Source: a bacterium (GTDB lineage: Bacteria; UBA8248). Taken from it: DNA of 64,000 nucleotides. The position numbers were made by a program, and so were the translations under genes. The notes below the pieces were generated by a model, which saw nothing but the letters and a program-made list of their open reading frames with translations, ran no database searches and was not told the origin of the DNA. Positions 21,456-31,584 of the stretch are shown one piece after another; within the stretch, counting starts at the first letter, position 1; each line of letters starts with the position of its first letter. The stretch is from positions 896,001 through 960,000 of the forward strand of contig CBDATS010000004.1 in NCBI GenBank assembly GCA_965200245.1, in the 5' to 3' direction.

Positions 21456-21583
21456 ACTGTCTGCAGATGAAAGCAAATGTGTTGTGGAATTCCGAAGAGT
21501 GCACCAGATGTCCGTCTTGACATTCCAGCGAACCGTCTCATACCCTGAATCTACAGCCCCAACCATGGAGGTTTTGATTCGCC

Positions 21584-22270
21584 ATGCGATTCCAGATCGG
21601 TCTTCTTCTCTTTCCGAATCTCACCCAACTCGACATGACCGGCCCGTATGAGGTCTTCACCAAGTTCCCGGAGTCAGACGTTCATCTCATCTGGAAAACC
21701 CTGGACCCGGTAAAGGCCGGCGGCGGCATGCAACTTCTGCCGACCACGACCTTCGCGGAAAGTCCCGGGCTCGACCTCATCTGCATCCCGGGCGGTGCGG
21801 GCATGAACCCGCTGTTGAACGACGAAGAGACGCTTGGGTTCGTGCGCCGAATGGCGGCGGGGGCGCGTTACGTGGCCTCCGTGTGCACGGGGTCGCTCGT
21901 GCTGGGTGCCGCGGGGCTTCTGCAAGGCAAGCGCGCGACGACGCACTGGATGTCACTGCCGATGCTCGCCGCCTTTGGTTGTGAACCCGTGGCCGAGCGC
22001 GTGGTCGTTGACGGCAACGTGATCACCGGAGGGGGCGTCACGGCCGGAATCGATTTCGCCCTGACAGTGGCGGGGGAGTTGCTGGGGCCCGAAGCAGCCC
22101 GGAAGATACAACTCGGCATGGAGTATGACCCGCAGCCTCCCTTCGATGCGGGCTCTCCCGAGCGCGCGGAACCGGCTATGGTGGCCGCTGTCCGCGAGTC
22201 CGCCGCAGCGCGTCAAAGCGAACGGGAAGCGGCGGTCAATGAGGCGGCGGGAAAACTGAAAAGCGACTGA
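21584..22270 (+). CDS. inhA: DJ-1/PfpI family, isonitrile hydratase-like
   Basis: FPNLTQLDMTGPYEV, SVCTGSL, ITGGGVTAGIDF, EYDPQPPFDAGSP. Confidence 0.7.
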   Translation: MRFQIGLLLFPNLTQLDMTGPYEVFTKFPESDVHLIWKTLDPVKAGGGMQLLPTTTFAESPGLDLICIPGGAGMNPLLNDEETLGFVRRMAAGARYVASVCTGSLVLGAAGLLQGKRATTHWMSLPMLAAFGCEPVAERVVVDGNVITGGGVTAGIDFALTVAGELLGPEAARKIQLGMEYDPQPPFDAGSPERAEPAMVAAVRESAAARQSEREAAVNEAAGKLKSD

Positions 22271-22292
22271 TGCGGGTTGGAGAACCCCGCAT
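22270..22292 (+). terminator. Hairpin immediately after the inhA stop (terminator or REP)
   Basis: ATGCGGGTT-GGAG-AACCCCGCAT. Confidence 0.45.
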
Positions 22293-22711
22293 TCCCGCCA
22301 GGGCGCGTATTCTTCCATCCCCTGATCGGAACGGCCTCAAGTAGCTCGAACCGCACCGAATACACACCCATGCATAGCGGCCGGAAAAGAGGCCGCCCTT
22401 GCGGGCGGTATCAAACCCGCCAAATACGAAATCGAACCCGACCCGTCTGGGAAGAATGAACGACCCATGAAGAAGGGATTGTGCATCCCTTCCGATTTCA
22501 GACCGGTGAGGTGGATACCCTGGAATCGCAAACGTTTCCTCACCACACGCCTGATGGTCATCGAACGACCCTTGCCGAACGATTTTGCCTCATTGTGGCG
22601 TTATGATAGATTTATTGTGTGAAAACATCGGTGCAAAACGGACTCCGGGAGAGGAGAATCTACTCCACGTCACTGCGCAGGATGCCGACGGAAAAACCCG
22701 AGGTCTCCCTC

Positions 22712-23614
22712 ATGAACCGAAGCCGGACAAAAAAATCCTACAACGCTCAGGACGTAAAGCACTTTGCTCGTGAGTTGGGCGCTGACCTTGTGGGGGTCAC
22801 TTCGGCGGAGGATTTCGCAGAGGCCTCGCCGGGCTGCCGCCCCAGGGACCTTTTCAGCATTGCGAACAGCGTTATCGTATTGGCCAAGCGTATTCCGTTC
22901 GCCGCGGCCACACCCTATCCCAGCATCGGCGCGATGGAATTCGGCGAATACATTCCAGAGAATTTCCTGAACGAAACCTGCTATCGCCTCTCACTTCTTC
23001 TGGAAGATGCCGGCTGGCTATCTGGCGCCACGCCATGCGGGCGCGATATCACGAATTTCCACGTGGAAGAAGAAAACCCGGAGCCCAAGGTATTCCTGCG
23101 AGGATCCTTCGACTTGAGGCTCGCGGCGGTTAAGGCCGGTATCGGCCATATCGGCACCAACAACTGTCTTATCACGCAGGAATACGGCTCCCGCGTTCGA
23201 CTGGGTGCAGTGCTCACCGAGGCGAATCTGGAGTCCGATGCGCCCAACCAATACGGTGAAGTACCCGATTTCTGCCATGAGTGCGGCTTTCGCTGCGTAG
23301 AAGCTTGTCCTGCGAACGCACTTTCCGGCAATGGCACAGTCGATCACTACCGCTGCATGGTCATACGCCCGGATTTGATCTCGACGGAAAAATCACTCGC
23401 CTATTTCAAAAAAATTTTCCGTGACAAACCCCTCATCATGGCCGCCAAGGGACTTTCCTACACCGACAGTCCACCACATCCATGCACCACCTGCATCTCC
23501 CTGTGTCCGATGGATCAGGGCCGCGATTTCGTGAACAAACCTTTTCACCGGGAATCCTGGTCCGATGAAGATGCGCTCAAGGTCCTGGATCCGACCCTGT
23601 TGGAGAATCCATAG
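22712..23614 (+). CDS. QueG/reductive dehalogenase-fold protein (cobalamin + 2x[4Fe-4S]), paralog A
   Basis: ARELGADLVG, RLAAVKAGIGHIGTNNCLITQEYGSRVRLGAVLT, CHECGFRCVEACP, distal C plus CTTCISLCP. Confidence 0.8.
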   Translation: MNRSRTKKSYNAQDVKHFARELGADLVGVTSAEDFAEASPGCRPRDLFSIANSVIVLAKRIPFAAATPYPSIGAMEFGEYIPENFLNETCYRLSLLLEDAGWLSGATPCGRDITNFHVEEENPEPKVFLRGSFDLRLAAVKAGIGHIGTNNCLITQEYGSRVRLGAVLTEANLESDAPNQYGEVPDFCHECGFRCVEACPANALSGNGTVDHYRCMVIRPDLISTEKSLAYFKKIFRDKPLIMAAKGLSYTDSPPHPCTTCISLCPMDQGRDFVNKPFHRESWSDEDALKVLDPTLLENP

Positions 23615-23615
23615 G

Positions 23616-24464
23616 ATGCAAAACCGCTCATACACCGCGATTTCTTCAGACAACGTCAAGACGCAGGCCCGTGAATTCGGCGCGGATCTTGTGGGTATTT
23701 CTTCATCTGAGGGTTTCGAGAAGGCCCTTCCGGGTTGCAAGCCCGGGGATTTGGTGAAGGATGCCAAAAGCGTTGTCGTCTTCGCACGTCGCATGCCCTT
23801 CGGCAACGCCACCTCCCGGCCAACCGTGAGTTATCTGGAATTCGGCTATTACGGGCACGAGGCCTGGATCAACAAACTCTCATACCGGCTGGCCCTCTGG
23901 CTGGAAGACAACGGTCACATGTCTCTCCCCACGCCTGCGGGGAGAGACATTCCCTCGCTCCGTATTCTTCGCGAAGGACCGGAACCCGAGGTTTTCATGC
24001 AAGGCTCCTTCGACTTGAGGCTGGCCGCGGTGAACGCGGGAATGGGCGAAATCGGCGTGAACAACAACCTGATCACCGCCGAATACGGCTCGCGCCTCAG
24101 GCTGGGAGCGGTCATCACGACGGCTGTGCTCGAACCTGATCCGCCCAAGCGATACGGCGTGGTGCCTGATTTCTGCGTGGAGTGCGGCTACAAGTGTATC
24201 AAGCCCTGTCCGGCGCACGCGCTGCCCGGAGACGGCGCGGTGGATCATTACAAGTGCATGGTGATGTATCCCCAAAAAGTCTCGCCGGAGAAGGCCGTCG
24301 ATGTCTTCAGGAAACGCTACGACCACCCGGAACTCCAGCTTGCCGGGCGAATGATGGCCTTTACCGACAACGCGCCGCACGTCTGCGCGACCTGTATCAC
24401 CCTGTGCCCGATGGGCGAAGCACGCCGCATCAAAGAGGAGGCGGCGGCGAACGGCAGGGACTGA
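23616..24464 (+). CDS. QueG/reductive dehalogenase-fold protein, paralog B
   Basis: Same motifs (AGMGEIGVNNNLITAEYGSRLRLGAVIT, CVECGYKCIKPCP, CATCITLCP); starts 1 nt after the paralog A stop. Confidence 0.8.
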   Translation: MQNRSYTAISSDNVKTQAREFGADLVGISSSEGFEKALPGCKPGDLVKDAKSVVVFARRMPFGNATSRPTVSYLEFGYYGHEAWINKLSYRLALWLEDNGHMSLPTPAGRDIPSLRILREGPEPEVFMQGSFDLRLAAVNAGMGEIGVNNNLITAEYGSRLRLGAVITTAVLEPDPPKRYGVVPDFCVECGYKCIKPCPAHALPGDGAVDHYKCMVMYPQKVSPEKAVDVFRKRYDHPELQLAGRMMAFTDNAPHVCATCITLCPMGEARRIKEEAAANGRD

Positions 24465-24564
24465 CCGCTCGTTAACACAATGGAAAACACAACGAACCAC
24501 ATGTAAATTGCCTTTATCGGGATGCAGGAGAATGCATCTCGTTTTCTTTTCCCGGGAGTCTGCG

Positions 24565-25797
24565 ATGCCGAAACCGCTCGATGGGGTGCGGGTACTGGAT
24601 TTGACCCAGTTCTACTCGGGCCCCTGGGCTACGCTCCTGCTCGCGGGCCTGGGTGCCGAGGTCATCAAGGTGAACCATCCGGTCACGGGCGATGTGGTGG
24701 CCATGGGGCCTCCCTACGCCGGCCCCAGGGGCGTTTCCTTCCACCGCCAAAGCGAGGACGACCTGAGAATCGCCTATCTGAAGCGAACCCGCAACAAAAA
24801 ATCCCTGACTCTCGACCTGAAAGAGCCGCGTGGGCTGAATTTGTTCTATCAACTGGTGGATGAATCCGATGTGCTCGTCGAAAACTTTTCCGTGGGCGTG
24901 ACTGCGCGTCTCAAAATCGACTACGAGACACTTGAAAAGCGCAACCCGGGGCTCGTCTACTGCTCCATCACCGGCTATGGGCAGAACGGCCCCGACGCGC
25001 GATTAAAGGGCTACGACGCCGTCACCCAGGCGGTCTCGAGCCTCATGAACCTGACCGGCTTCCCCGACGGCCCTCCGACCAAGGCGGGCTCCGCCATCGC
25101 GGACAGCATCGGGGGCACATTCGCCTTCGGTGCCATCACCACGGCGCTTCTGCACCGCGAACGCACAGGCCAGGGCCAGTGGTTGGACATCTCCATGGTG
25201 GACTGCCTCTTGTCCCTCGTATTCGATGAGCCGATGGACTGCTACGAGGCGCTGGGGTTGCCCGATCGGCTGGGAAACCGCATCATGCGCCTATCCCCTT
25301 TCAACGCTTATGAGGCGCATGACGGATGGCTGGTCATCGGCTCGGGCACTGACCCCCACTGGAACAACATCCTGCGCGCTATCGGGCGCGAGGAACTGGT
25401 GGGTGATCCGCGCTACGAGGATCTGAGCGCCCGCATCACGCGCAACGACGAGGTGGACGCCGTCATCACCGAATGGACGAAAAGGCACACCGTGGAAGAA
25501 GCGCTTTCAGAACTACGCCGCTACGAGGTTATCTGCGGCCCTGTCCATACCATCAGGGATATCCTCGCGTGGCCGCACTTAAGGGCTCGGAACATGATAA
25601 AAGACCTCCCCCATCCCACGCTCGGTCCTCTTCGCGAAGTCAAGTCGGCCGCCTTTCCACTCAAATTCAGCAAAACCCCTGGCAGCTACGACACACCCGC
25701 TCCGCTGAGCGGCCGGCACACAGAGGAGATACTGTGCGACCTGCTCGGCCTCACGAAAGAAGAGATCGACATGCTCAAGGAAGACGGGGTTATCTAG
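24565..25797 (+). CDS. CaiB/BaiF family III CoA transferase
   Basis: PLDGVRVLDLT, RNKKSLTLDLK, SITGYGQNGP, GYDAVTQA. Confidence 0.93.
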   Translation: MPKPLDGVRVLDLTQFYSGPWATLLLAGLGAEVIKVNHPVTGDVVAMGPPYAGPRGVSFHRQSEDDLRIAYLKRTRNKKSLTLDLKEPRGLNLFYQLVDESDVLVENFSVGVTARLKIDYETLEKRNPGLVYCSITGYGQNGPDARLKGYDAVTQAVSSLMNLTGFPDGPPTKAGSAIADSIGGTFAFGAITTALLHRERTGQGQWLDISMVDCLLSLVFDEPMDCYEALGLPDRLGNRIMRLSPFNAYEAHDGWLVIGSGTDPHWNNILRAIGREELVGDPRYEDLSARITRNDEVDAVITEWTKRHTVEEALSELRRYEVICGPVHTIRDILAWPHLRARNMIKDLPHPTLGPLREVKSAAFPLKFSKTPGSYDTPAPLSGRHTEEILCDLLGLTKEEIDMLKEDGVI

Positions 25798-25826
25798 GAC
25801 AAGCCAGGAAAAACGACAGGTTCCGC

Positions 25827-27356
25827 CTATTCGGCGGAACTCCCGCCAGTCAGTCCGAGCCGTGCCGCCCGGAACATCGAGGCCATGCTGTAAACCGCGG
25901 TGATGAGGGATAGCACAAGTATAGTCGCCGTGATGGGGCTGGTCAGGAGCTGCCCGATATCTCCCCCCGAGATCGTGAGCGCGCGGCTCAGGTTGATCTC
26001 GATGATCGGACCCATGATGAAAGCGAGCACGATGGGCACGACGGGAATGTTGATCTTCTCGAAGAAATAAGCGAGCGCGCCCAGAATCAGCACCATGACG
26101 ACGTGGGCCGTGTAGTTCGCATAAACGTAGCTGCCGACGACGATGAGAATCAGGACGAACGGCCCCAAGATGCGGCGGGGCACCTTGGCGACGAGGCTGA
26201 AGGCACGGGTGCCGACAAGGCCCGTGCCCAGGAGCATGAGGTTGATCACGAAAAGGCCGATGAACACCGTCATCACAAAGGTTCCGTTGTCCCGAAAGAG
26301 CAGCGGGCCGGGAACCAGACCCTTGCTGATCAGTACACCCAGAAGAATCGCCGCTCCGCCCGAGCCAGGAATTCCGAGCGACAGCGAAGGCACGAGCGTC
26401 CCCGCGACGAGGGCGTTGTTCGAACACTCGGGCGCGGCGACACCTTCGATGACGCCGGTACCGAACTTATCCGATCGTTTCGACCATCGCCTCTCCTCGC
26501 TGTAGGCCAGCATACCGGCGATGGATCCACCCGCTCCCGGCACGGCGCCGACTCCCGTTCCGATGAGGCTCGCGCGAATCCAGGTGGGGATGAGCCTGCG
26601 GACCTCCGCCGGCAGGATACGGTTGCGTTCATCGGCGGTTCCTTGCTCGGCGGTCTCCTTGCTCTCAATCGTACGCCTGTGCTCCACCAGGAGGTTGAAC
26701 GCCTCAGGTCCCGCCAGAAAGGCAATGATGACGACGACAAGCGGGATGCCGTCCATCAGATAGCCCTGATCGAAGGTGAACCGAAGCCCCCCGAAACCCG
26801 AACTCCCGACCGTGGCCAGGAGCAGTCCGATTCCCGTAGCGAGAAAACCGCGTGCGGCGTCCTTTCCGAAAAAGCTCGCCACGATCGACAGACCGAACAC
26901 GCCGACCGCGAACAACTCGCCCGGTCCGAACATCAAAGCGACGTGGCCGAGCGAGGTTCCTGCAATGATGAAGACCAGCGTACTCGTGACGCCTCCAATC
27001 ACGCCCGAGTAGAGGGATATACGGAGCGCCTTTCGCGCCAGCCCGTTGCGGGTCATGGCGTAGCCGTCGAGAACGGTGACGGCGGAAGCCCCCGTACCCG
27101 GCGTGCGAATCAGGATGGCCGGAATGGAACTCCCGTATTCGACGCCGGAATAGACGGCCAGGAAGAACATGGTCGCGTACTCCACGGGCATCTTGAAGGT
27201 CAGGGGGAAAAGAAGGGCCAGCGCCTGTGAACTGCCGAACCCGGGCATGGCCCCCATGAGGACGCCGACGGCGACTCCCCCGAGCATGATCGCAAGGATG
27301 GCGGGCGAGGCGAGTTGGCCAGTCGCTGCGAATATGTGCCCGAGAGTTCCTTCCAT
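25827..27356 (-). CDS. tctA: Tripartite tricarboxylate transporter large permease
   Basis: GAMPG, AILIRTPGT, GVAAPECSNNA, LSLGIPGS. Confidence 0.93.
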   Translation of the reverse strand: MEGTLGHIFAATGQLASPAILAIMLGGVAVGVLMGAMPGFGSSQALALLFPLTFKMPVEYATMFFLAVYSGVEYGSSIPAILIRTPGTGASAVTVLDGYAMTRNGLARKALRISLYSGVIGGVTSTLVFIIAGTSLGHVALMFGPGELFAVGVFGLSIVASFFGKDAARGFLATGIGLLLATVGSSGFGGLRFTFDQGYLMDGIPLVVVIIAFLAGPEAFNLLVEHRRTIESKETAEQGTADERNRILPAEVRRLIPTWIRASLIGTGVGAVPGAGGSIAGMLAYSEERRWSKRSDKFGTGVIEGVAAPECSNNALVAGTLVPSLSLGIPGSGGAAILLGVLISKGLVPGPLLFRDNGTFVMTVFIGLFVINLMLLGTGLVGTRAFSLVAKVPRRILGPFVLILIVVGSYVYANYTAHVVMVLILGALAYFFEKINIPVVPIVLAFIMGPIIEINLSRALTISGGDIGQLLTSPITATILVLSLITAVYSMASMFRAARLGLTGGSSAE

Positions 27357-27385
27357 CTGTCACTGCCCTTTCATCGATTACGGCT

Positions 27386-27934
27386 CTAGAGGATATAGAT
27401 CGGCAAGAATTTAAGCGGCAACGGGATGTTCAACATCGGCACCAGTCCCAGGTACAGGACGATCATCGTCACCAGGGACAACACGAATCCCAGCAACAGC
27501 GCTTCGCGCAGCACCGATTCCGCCCTCATGCGCGGGACCAGCAGACACATCATGAACACGATGGTCGTGATCTCGAAACCTATTGGCTCAAGCAGGACCG
27601 CGTAGATGTAAACGAGCGCTATGACAGAGGCGAACTCCACCCAATGCGCCTGGAGATATGGTTCCTCCCCGCCTCGGGCCTGTGCCGCCTGGGGCAGGAA
27701 AAACCCGCGTCCCAGGCTGATCAGCGCCCAGATAATCGAGAAGCCCAGAGCCAGGCGGGGGAAAAAGGCGTCGCCCGGATATCCCGGTTCGTAGGGAGGC
27801 TGCATCTTGTAGGTTTCGTAGTAGAGAAACGCGAGTCCCCCCAAAATGAGGGCGGTGGTGACCAGCACCACCGCCCTCATCGGAACCCTTAACTCATAGG
27901 GAGAGGACGCGCTGTTTCCTTCTTCTTCCGTCAT
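27386..27934 (-). CDS. tctB: Tripartite tricarboxylate transporter small permease
   Basis: PGDAFFPR, ~4-5 TM segments, IPLP tail, position between tctC and tctA. Confidence 0.8.
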   Translation of the reverse strand: MTEEEGNSASSPYELRVPMRAVVLVTTALILGGLAFLYYETYKMQPPYEPGYPGDAFFPRLALGFSIIWALISLGRGFFLPQAAQARGGEEPYLQAHWVEFASVIALVYIYAVLLEPIGFEITTIVFMMCLLVPRMRAESVLREALLLGFVLSLVTMIVLYLGLVPMLNIPLPLKFLPIYIL

Positions 27935-27983
27935 GTTCGCGCCTTGCCGACGGCAGAACTTCCCGCCGCCCGCTCAAAACCGT

Positions 27984-28969
27984 CTATTTCTTGATAATCT
28001 TGTGGTCAATCATGAATTGTTTCACGATCGCCTGGTTCTTCGCCATGTCCTTGTTGAGGAACTCCTGATCCGTCTTGACGTCCAGGACGATGTGCGTCCC
28101 CTTGGCAAGATAGTCCTTGTAGTCGGGCGAACTGGTCACCTTGTATACGGCCTCGCGAAGTTTCTTCAGGATCGGCGCCGGCGTCCCTCTACCATCAGGC
28201 CCTGCCAGTGGAGCGGGAGGTCGTATTTGAGACCGACTTCCACCGCGCTCCGGACATTCTTCCAAATCGGGTCGTGCGAGAGGCGCTTATGAGTCTGCGA
28301 GACGAGCGGACAGATGGTTCCAGCCTCGATATGCGGCCTCCACGTGCGCGGCGAGGCCTGCCCGCTGGGGAGATGGCCGCCGAGTACGTCCTTCACCACG
28401 TTGCCGTCGCCCCGGTAGAAGATCGTGCGGACGGCGTCCCCGATGCCTGCAGCCTTCAGAAAGGCGAGTTGATGACGGTGGTGCGTCGAACCCCTCTTGT
28501 TGGAACCCATCGACAGTTTGCCTGGGTTCTTCTTGGCGTAGGCGACGAGATCCTCGAACGTCTTGATTCCATACTTGTTGTTGCACTTCACCGCGACACC
28601 GTAGACGTGCTTCTCGACCTGGGCCAGCGTCTGGAAGTCGTCGTACGACCTCCTGTAGTGCGGCAAGTGGAAATACCCGTAGAAGCTGGCACTGATGTGC
28701 ATGATGATGTGCCCGTCGGCGGGCTTGCCCGAGACGTAGAGAACAGGCTCGTGCTGAGAGCCTCCGCTCTTGAAGGTCACACGCATGGGCACACCGAGCA
28801 CCTTTGGAAACTCCTGGGCGAGGAGTTGACACCAGACCGCCACGCTCGAACCCGGCGACGTGGTGCACACCAGTTCCATCGGCTTCGAGGGAAATTTCAT
28901 GGCCAGCGCCGGAGCACTCCATAAAACCAGAACGGCTGCTAGAACGAGGACGCGTTTGAAGAGCGACAT
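27984..28969 (-). pseudogene. tctC: TctC substrate-binding protein, frameshifted at ~28190
   Basis: Signal peptide, FPSKP, KPADGH, WQGLMV; continuation GTPAPILKKL is in another frame (ATG GT AGA GGG ACG). Confidence 0.8.
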
Positions 28970-29211
28970 CGTTTTCCTCCTTCCGGGGAGTGGACATGAT
29001 AGGGTAGGTAATAAGCCCCACTACTTAGGGAGATTGATAAACCATACCAAGTATACCATTACCTTGATGAAGTTCACAACCGCGCCTTTTGGGGAGACCG
29101 ATTCGTATGCTCCGGAACAAAACCCGCAATCGAATTTATTTCTTGCGGGATGCAGGATTCGTGAAATGCAATAGAATGGGACGTTGTGAAGCGAGTACCA
29201 GGCTTCCGCCG

Positions 29212-30375
29212 TCACTCGGGTTTCCAGTCCGGCGCTTTTCCACAGGCGGCTGCAACCAGTGAGCGGGCGCGAATTCCGGGCGGCATGCCCTCGGGCTGGT
29301 AATTGGCACAGAAGCCGAATGCCATGTTCCTCTCCCTGTCGCAGAACGTGAACGCCCCGCCCGATCCGCCGTGGCCGAAGGCCTTCATGTTGCTTCCCAT
29401 CAATGTGTTGGGCGGGCAGTTGTGCATGAAACCGAGGCCCATTCGCCGAGGCGAGCCGGTCATGGCGCAGATGCCCTCCCACTGTATCCTGGAGAGTTGA
29501 TCCACCGTTTCGGGTTGCAGGAGTCGGACGCCGTCTATTTCCCCGCTGTTCGCCAGCATCGCATATACGCGCGCGATGGCACGGGCGTTGCCGTGGCCGC
29601 CCGAGGAAGGGTTCTCTCCCACGCGGTTCTCACGACAGTTCACCAGATCGACGTTCACCGGCCGGCTTTGCCACGCCCTGTTCAGCAGTGTGCCGGGCTT
29701 TTCTCCCAACTCCCAGAATTTATTTTCGGGGTTCCGGTGAACGGGCGCGACACGCGCGAGTTCTTCTTCTTTGAGCCCGACGTTGTAATCCGCGCCGAGC
29801 GGACCCGTAATCTCCTCTCGGATAAAGTCGCGGATTCTCTTGCCGCTCACCCGGCGGACGATCTCACCGTGGATGAACCCGTAGTTGATGGAATTGTACG
29901 CACCTTTCGTGCCCGCGGACCAGGCGGGTTCCTGGGCTGCGATCGCGGCCACCTGAGCCGGGTAATCGAAAAAGTCTCCGGGCTTTGCGGCGTCGCAGAA
30001 GATGACGCCGCACTGATGGCTGATGGTGTGCCGGAGGAGGATGTTTTCCTTGCCACGCTGGGCGAATTCCGGCCAATACCGCGCCACCGGTTCCTCCAGC
30101 GATACCTGCCCCCGGTCCACGAGCATGTGAACGGCAAGTGCGGTGATGCTCTTGGCGATGGAACTCATGAGCGTAATGGTGTCTTCGTTCCAGCGTTGCG
30201 TACGGGCTTCGTCCCGGTGACCTCCCCAGAGGTCCACGACTTTCTCGCCGTCCTTGTATACACAGACGGCGGACCCGATTTCGCCCCGGCTGACGAAATT
30301 CTCCCGAAAAACTTCTTCCACCGCAGAAAAATCGCTGTTGCAATGTCCCGCCACCTGAATATCGACAATATCCAT
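29212..30375 (-). CDS. Serine hydrolase, beta-lactamase class C/EstB family
   Basis: VVDLWGG, SxxK (SIAK), YWPEFAQ.GK, AFGHGGSGG. Confidence 0.9.
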   Translation of the reverse strand: MDIVDIQVAGHCNSDFSAVEEVFRENFVSRGEIGSAVCVYKDGEKVVDLWGGHRDEARTQRWNEDTITLMSSIAKSITALAVHMLVDRGQVSLEEPVARYWPEFAQRGKENILLRHTISHQCGVIFCDAAKPGDFFDYPAQVAAIAAQEPAWSAGTKGAYNSINYGFIHGEIVRRVSGKRIRDFIREEITGPLGADYNVGLKEEELARVAPVHRNPENKFWELGEKPGTLLNRAWQSRPVNVDLVNCRENRVGENPSSGGHGNARAIARVYAMLANSGEIDGVRLLQPETVDQLSRIQWEGICAMTGSPRRMGLGFMHNCPPNTLMGSNMKAFGHGGSGGAFTFCDRERNMAFGFCANYQPEGMPPGIRARSLVAAACGKAPDWKPE

Positions 30376-30694
30376 ATTTTCCCGCCACCGTATGAAAATC
30401 CATTTTCATGTCCTGAATATGCCGCTCGAAAGTATTATGGGTTCATCGCAAAAAAACAAATGGAGAGAATTTCTCGCCATCGATCGAATGCCTCGGCTGA
30501 TACATGAGAAAGCTCCGGCACTGGCTCCCATCTGGAGGATTTTTCCATCTGAAGACTTTTCCGCGAGAGAGATGCAAAAGTCCTTCAAATCCTGTCTAAT
30601 GGCAGCATCATGAAAATTCAGGGGTGCCAGGAACCCGAGGCGAATGACAGGAGTTGCGGCGATTCGCATCAGGGATAACCAGAGGAAACCATAC

Positions 30695-31582
30695 ATGGCC
30701 GATAGCAGCGTGTTGTCCTACAGCGGCGTCACCGACCTGGGCGATGGCAGGGCCTATGCCCTGCACAACGTCTTCGAACTCGACGGTCGTATCAGCGCCT
30801 ATCCCAGAAGTGCCAGGGGATTCGCTCCCTCGAACTGCTATCTCCTGTGCGAGGAAGAAGGCGCGATCCTGCTCGACACGGGTTATGGCGGCCACAGACG
30901 CTCGCTGTTCGAGCAAATCGGATCCATCATCACGCCCGACACCCCGCTTTCGATCTACCCGCTCCGTCTCAACGAGTTCATGTCCGTCGGGAACGCGGCC
31001 GCGCTCGCAAGGGAGTTCAACGTCGTGGAGTGCCTCGCCCGTCGGCCCGACATGGATTTCTGGCTCGATTTCGACGTGCAGAAATTCGGCCCCAAGAGCG
31101 AGGAGGAGCAGATATTCCCGACGACAGTCCTCGGAAACGAACTTACCTGCCACGTAGGCTCCAACAGGAACCGCCTCATTCACGGCATCAACGCGCCCAT
31201 TCGTCTCATCACCACCATGTGGATATATGACGAAGCCACCCGAACCCTGTTCACCTCCGACATGTTCAGCCACGTCTGGGGAGATGACCCCGAAGGCCCC
31301 TGGGCAGTGGAAAAAGCCTTTACAACCTCTGCGTTCGTGCGATCGTTTCTGCTGAACACTCGATACTGGTGGCTCGAGGGCGTGGAAACCGGACCGGTCC
31401 GGGAGGGCATCGCCGACGTCTACCGAAGCCACGATATCGAAATCATCGCCCCCGGATACGGAGCCATCCTCCTCGGGCGTGAACAGGTCGAACATCAATT
31501 CTCGGTGCTTGACGAGGTACTGCGCGACCTCGATCGCTCCGTCGTCTCGCCGCGCTACGTTCCCCGCGACATGGAAAGGTAA
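30695..31582 (+). CDS. Metallo-beta-lactamase-fold protein (FprA/ODP-like) lacking canonical His ligands
   Basis: NCYLL..LLDTG, WIYDEATRTLFTSDMF, IIAPGYG; HxExDH replaced by LRLNEFMS; AGAGGA RBS. Confidence 0.7.
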   Translation: MADSSVLSYSGVTDLGDGRAYALHNVFELDGRISAYPRSARGFAPSNCYLLCEEEGAILLDTGYGGHRRSLFEQIGSIITPDTPLSIYPLRLNEFMSVGNAAALAREFNVVECLARRPDMDFWLDFDVQKFGPKSEEEQIFPTTVLGNELTCHVGSNRNRLIHGINAPIRLITTMWIYDEATRTLFTSDMFSHVWGDDPEGPWAVEKAFTTSAFVRSFLLNTRYWWLEGVETGPVREGIADVYRSHDIEIIAPGYGAILLGREQVEHQFSVLDEVLRDLDRSVVSPRYVPRDMER

Positions 31583-31584
31583 CC

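Noticed and set aside
21460-21530. RAYT-like start MSRRTSGALFGIPQHI next to REP-like elements
   Set aside because: Similarity limited to a few residues; no HUH motif follows
22293-22711. Cobalamin riboswitch upstream of the QueG-like pair
   Set aside because: Could not find the conserved GGGAA..GCCACTG/B12-box elements by eye; an Infernal scan would settle it
22712-24464. Calling the pair queG or a respiratory rdhA
   Set aside because: No DYH motif or QueG C-terminal region; no TAT signal or rdhB anchor
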